A stretch of DNA of 64,000 nt from the NCBI GenBank assembly GCA_965140705.1, contig OZ223301.1, forward strand, positions 96,001-160,000. The letters are read 5' to 3'. Below, piece by piece: positions 59,998 through 64,000 of the stretch; the first letter of the stretch is position 1; every line of letters begins with the position of its first letter. The stretch comes from an uncultured Arcobacter sp. Its GTDB lineage: Bacteria; Campylobacterota; Campylobacteria; Campylobacterales; Arcobacteraceae. The notes under the pieces were generated by a model that had not been told where the DNA came from, did no database searches, and worked only from the letters and a program-made list of their open reading frames with translations. The position numbers were made by a program, and so were the translations under genes.

Positions 59998-61636
59998 TTT
60001 AAATAATAATCAGGGTATGCAAAAGCGAATGTTAATCATGACATTAATTGTTTTTGTATTTTTTGTTGCTTACGAATATTTGGTTTTAAAGCCTCAAAAA
60101 GAGGCACAAGCTGCTAAAATAGCACAAGAAAAAATGGTAAAAGCAAATAATGCTCCACAAGTGGCAAAAGATAGTTCAAATCCTACATCTGCCCCAGTTT
60201 CAAATATGTCAACTCCATCAAATGTTGCTGATGCTATTTCATCAAAAACAATTGCACCAAGTGATATTGTTTCAACTATTAATACTAATAGAAATATAAT
60301 TCAAATTGATAAATTAGGTAGAATTGCACAAGTTACTCTTTTAGGGAGACAATATATAAATGAAGATAATTCTCATATTAAACTTTTTGAACCAAATCAA
60401 TTAAGACCTTTAGAGGTTAGATTTGCAGATAAAAATATTAATAATGAGGCCTTTAATGTAGAAGTAACTGTTAGTTCACCAGTTGTTGATGCTACAAAAC
60501 AAACACAAAAACTTATCATTACTCAAACATTAAAAGAGACAGTCTTAACTAAAACTTTAACTATTTATACTGATGGTCACTATGATTTAGATGTAAAAGC
60601 TACTAATAATAAACAATTTTTTATAACACCAGGTTATAGACCAAATGTATTAGCTGATATGTATGCTGATCATGGTGCAATTGTAAAATTAGCTGATAAC
60701 ACATTAGATGTAACAGTTGATGGAAAAAGTAAAGAGACTCAAACTTATAAAGCTGTTAAATTTTTAGCTTTCTTTGATAGATACTATACTACTGTTGCTT
60801 ATAACTTTAAGAAAAATTTTCAAGTATCAATTATGCCAGATAAAAATAAGGATCCTCAAGGTTTTATTCACTCTGAAAATTCTTTTATTGATTTTAGTGG
60901 ATATATGGGACCAAAAGAGCACAAAACTCTTAAAGCTTTAAATCCTCAATTAACAGGTGTTATTGAATATGGTTGGTTTACATTTATTGCAAATCCTATG
61001 TTCTTATTTTTACAATTCCTTCAAAGTTATATAGGTAACTGGGGTTGGACAATTGTATTTGCTACAATTATAATCAAACTTATTCTTTTCCCTTTATCAT
61101 ACAAAGGTATGATGTCTATGCAAAAGTTAAAAGATTTAGCTCCAAAAATTAAAGAACTTCAAGAAAAATATAAAGGTGATAAGCAAAAGCAATCAGCTCA
61201 TATGATGGAGTTATATAAGAAACATGGTGCAAATCCAATGGGTGGTTGTTTACCTTTGCTTATGCAAATTCCAGTATTCTTTGCCCTTTATAGAGTTATT
61301 TTAAATGCTATTGAATTAAAAGGTTCTCCATGGATTCTTTGGATTCACGATTTAGCTTTAATGGATCCATATTACGTATTACCAATTTTAATGGGTATTT
61401 CAATGTTCTTACAACAAAGAATTACACCAAATACAATGCAAGATGAAACACAAAAGAAAATTTTCCAATTTTTACCAGTAGTATTTACATTCTTCTTCTT
61501 ATGGTTCCCAGCAGGGTTAACACTTTATTGGTTTATAAATAACTTATTTACAATTAGTCAACAATTATTCATTAATAAAATGTTTGAGAAAAAAAAGTTA
61601 GTTGAAATAGAAGAGAAAAAAGCATCTAAAAAATAG
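59990..61636 (+). CDS. yidC: Membrane protein insertase YidC
   Basis: YGWF, GNWGW, NPMGGCLP, DPYYVLP, FPAGLTLYW. Confidence 0.96.
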   Translation: MNNLNNNQGMQKRMLIMTLIVFVFFVAYEYLVLKPQKEAQAAKIAQEKMVKANNAPQVAKDSSNPTSAPVSNMSTPSNVADAISSKTIAPSDIVSTINTNRNIIQIDKLGRIAQVTLLGRQYINEDNSHIKLFEPNQLRPLEVRFADKNINNEAFNVEVTVSSPVVDATKQTQKLIITQTLKETVLTKTLTIYTDGHYDLDVKATNNKQFFITPGYRPNVLADMYADHGAIVKLADNTLDVTVDGKSKETQTYKAVKFLAFFDRYYTTVAYNFKKNFQVSIMPDKNKDPQGFIHSENSFIDFSGYMGPKEHKTLKALNPQLTGVIEYGWFTFIANPMFLFLQFLQSYIGNWGWTIVFATIIIKLILFPLSYKGMMSMQKLKDLAPKIKELQEKYKGDKQKQSAHMMELYKKHGANPMGGCLPLLMQIPVFFALYRVILNAIELKGSPWILWIHDLALMDPYYVLPILMGISMFLQQRITPNTMQDETQKKIFQFLPVVFTFFFLWFPAGLTLYWFINNLFTISQQLFINKMFEKKKLVEIEEKKASKK

Positions 61637-61645
61637 GAAATAAAT

Positions 61646-62506
61646 ATGAAAAAATTTGAAGCAAATACATTAGAAGAAGTATATGAAATAGCATCAAATG
61701 AATTTAATTGTTCCATAATAGATTTAGAAATAGTAATAACCCAACAGCCAAGTAAAGGTTTCCTTGGCATTGGGAAAAAGACTGCAATTATAACAGCTCA
61801 GTTAAAGAGAAGACAAAAAAAAGACAATAGAAAATATAAAGAAACAAAATATAGAAAAAATAATATAAATATTGAAGATGTTTCAGATAAGATTGCTAGC
61901 AGTAATATAGAAGAAATAAAAACACCTAAAAAAACAACTTCTAAAGTTCCTAATGTAGAAGGAAAAGAACAAATATTTAATAACTTTTATACAGAAGTTA
62001 ATCAAAAAGATGAAATATCTAAAATAATTATAAAAAAAGATAAAGAAGAAATTATCTCAGAAGTAAAAAAAGATGTTAATACTCTATTTCAAAATACTTG
62101 TTATGAAATAGATGAAATTGAAGTTGATTATTATGATGATGAGACTTTATATATTGAGTTTAATGGAAAAGATTCAGCTTTATTAATAGGAAAAGAGGGT
62201 TATAGATATAAAGCTCTTTCATATATTTTATTTAATTGGATAAATGAAAAATATGGGTTAATGTTAAGGCTTGAAGTTGCAGAGTTTTTGAAAAATCAAG
62301 AAGAAGCAATTTATAATTATCTAGCTCCTGTTATTGAAACTATAAAAGAAACTGGTACATATAAAACTAAACCATTAGATGGTATTTTAGTACATATTGC
62401 TCTTAAAAGATTAAGAGAAGAATTCCCTAATAAGTATGTTGCTGTTAAAACAAATGTAAGAGGCGACAAATATGTATTAGTAAATGAGTATAGAAGTAAT
62501 CAGTAA
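61646..62506 (+). CDS. jag: Jag/EloR-family RNA-binding protein
   Basis: Jag_N (SKGFLGIGKK), KH-like LIGKEG; conserved position after yidC. Confidence 0.85.
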   Translation: MKKFEANTLEEVYEIASNEFNCSIIDLEIVITQQPSKGFLGIGKKTAIITAQLKRRQKKDNRKYKETKYRKNNINIEDVSDKIASSNIEEIKTPKKTTSKVPNVEGKEQIFNNFYTEVNQKDEISKIIIKKDKEEIISEVKKDVNTLFQNTCYEIDEIEVDYYDDETLYIEFNGKDSALLIGKEGYRYKALSYILFNWINEKYGLMLRLEVAEFLKNQEEAIYNYLAPVIETIKETGTYKTKPLDGILVHIALKRLREEFPNKYVAVKTNVRGDKYVLVNEYRSNQ

Positions 62507-62509
62507 ATA

Positions 62510-63853
62510 ATGGATTCATTTGATACAATTGCAGCAATTGCAACAGCCAATGGAATTGGCTCAATCTCAATTATAAGATTAAGTGGTAAAGATGCTTTAC
62601 CACTTGCCTTAACTCTTTCAAAAAGAACTAATTTAAACCCACGATTAGCAACTTTATCTAGCATATACAATAGCGATGATGAAATCATAGATGAAGCCCT
62701 TTTGATTTATTTTAAAAATCCACACTCTTTTACAGGTGAAGATATTGTTGAGTTTCAATGTCATGGTGGAATAGCTATTTCAAATATAATTTTAAATGAA
62801 CTTATAAAACTAGGTGCAAGATTAGCAAATCCAGGTGAATTTTCAAAAAGAGCTTTTTTAAATAATAAAATTGATCTTTCAAAAGCAGAAGCAATAGCAA
62901 AACTTATAGAAGCAAGAAGTGAAGATGCTGTTAAACTGTTAGCACGTCAATTAAAAGGTGAACTTACAAATTTTGTAAATGATATTAGGGAAGATTTACT
63001 TTTTATGCTTGCCTATACTGAAGTTAGCATTGATTATGCAGAAGAAGATTTACCAAGTGATATTTTTGAACAAATAGAGAAGAAAATAGAAAAAATCGTA
63101 ATAAAACTATCAGATACTCTAGAATCAAGTAAAAGAAGAGAAGGTTTAATTGAAGGTTTCAAAGTAGCAATTATTGGGAAACCAAATGTTGGAAAATCTT
63201 CACTTTTAAATAAACTTTTAAATTTTGATAGGGCAATTATTAGTGATATTGCAGGAACTACAAGAGATACAATCGAAGAGTCTGTTAAAATTGGTACGCA
63301 TATTATCAAAATAGTAGATACAGCAGGTATTAGAGAAGCTAGTGATACTATTGAAAAAATCGGAATAGAGAAGTCTTTAAGTGCTGTAAATGAAGCAGAT
63401 ATTATTATCTCACTATTTGATAATTCTAAAGTTTGTGATAGTGAAGATAAAAAGATTTTAAATATCTTAGATGAAATAGATAATAAAGAAAAAATAGTAG
63501 TGTTAAATAAAATTGATTTAGAATCTAAATTTGATAAAACACAATTAAAAAATGAATATATAGAATTAAGTACAAAAAATAGTATTAGTACTTTAGTACA
63601 AAAAATAGAAACAATTTTAGATAACAATTCCAATGATGATGATATGACTTTGATCTCAAAAAGACAAGTGGAAGCAGTGGAGCAAACTTTATACCATGTA
63701 CAAGAAGCAAAAACTCCATTAATGACTGGTGAATTAGAATTTTTTGCTCACAATATACATGAAGCTATAGAGAATATTTCATTAATAACAAGACCATATG
63801 AGAATGACCAGATGTTGGATGTGATGTTTGGAGCTTTCTGCCTCGGAAAATAA
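62510..63853 (+). CDS. mnmE: tRNA modification GTPase MnmE
   Basis: TIAAIAT, SFTGED, GKPNVGKSS, GTTRD, DTAG, FCLGK. Confidence 0.97.
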   Translation: MDSFDTIAAIATANGIGSISIIRLSGKDALPLALTLSKRTNLNPRLATLSSIYNSDDEIIDEALLIYFKNPHSFTGEDIVEFQCHGGIAISNIILNELIKLGARLANPGEFSKRAFLNNKIDLSKAEAIAKLIEARSEDAVKLLARQLKGELTNFVNDIREDLLFMLAYTEVSIDYAEEDLPSDIFEQIEKKIEKIVIKLSDTLESSKRREGLIEGFKVAIIGKPNVGKSSLLNKLLNFDRAIISDIAGTTRDTIEESVKIGTHIIKIVDTAGIREASDTIEKIGIEKSLSAVNEADIIISLFDNSKVCDSEDKKILNILDEIDNKEKIVVLNKIDLESKFDKTQLKNEYIELSTKNSISTLVQKIETILDNNSNDDDMTLISKRQVEAVEQTLYHVQEAKTPLMTGELEFFAHNIHEAIENISLITRPYENDQMLDVMFGAFCLGK

Positions 63854-63997
63854 AAATAGCCATAATAATACATCTTTTTGCACATTTCTACGTTGATATT
63901 TTTATTTAATAAACTCACTTACTTTAGTAAGCTCCTTTCTCAAATAAAAATATCGCCTTGAACTGCACTAAAAATATGTACCATTATGGCTATTTTT
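63852..63997. repeat. ERIC/IRU-like palindromic element, copy B
   Basis: Outer arms AAAAATAGCCATAAT / ATTATGGCTATTTTT; inner GATATTTTTATTT / AAATAAAAATATC; core CTCACTTACTTTAGTAAGCTCCT. Confidence 0.75.
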
Positions 63998-64000
63998 GTG

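Noticed and set aside
1..64000. rRNA, tRNA, IS transposases, prophage genes
   Set aside because: I recognised none by eye; tRNAscan-SE, Rfam and ISEScan would be needed to exclude small or degenerate ones.

Overview
A 64-kb, very AT-rich chromosomal window from a Campylobacterota bacterium; gene content and order suggest Arcobacteraceae. Most of it is housekeeping backbone: ppk2 x2, tig-clpP-def, comM/yifB, era, a cts-like T2SS/T4P cluster, folE, mgtE, purL, purH, betT, bioA, msrBA, rnhB, clpB and rpmH-rnpA-yidD-yidC-jag-mnmE. Several accessory inserts are visible only in the DNA. (1) After purH lies an integron-type gene-cassette array: an attI-like site, three 69-bp attC sites, three complete cassettes (DUF6602-like protein, 4x23-aa His/Pro/Gly repeat protein, PD-(D/E)XK-like protein) and a truncated fourth, with no integrase in the window. 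(2) comM is flanked on both sides by inserts that left copies of comM ends. Upstream is a probable zinc-starvation paralog island (hisI-ribA fusion, Cys-rich small protein, pyrC, long queD, iota-carbonic-anhydrase-like gene, 25-bp palindrome). Downstream is a 4.2-kb two-component/SQR/DUF1641 island bounded by a 115-bp direct repeat. (3) There are two ERIC-like covarying hairpin elements and one other large structured element. (4) Other notable items are a gpx-ohrR module with a clear operator, an Amt-GGDEF fusion, a PPK2 with an integrase-arm-like N-terminus, HAIR- and CIRCE-like sites at clpB, and an rnpA with no canonical start codon. I saw no rRNA, tRNA, CRISPR array or transposase. All family assignments come from motif recognition by eye, not database searches.
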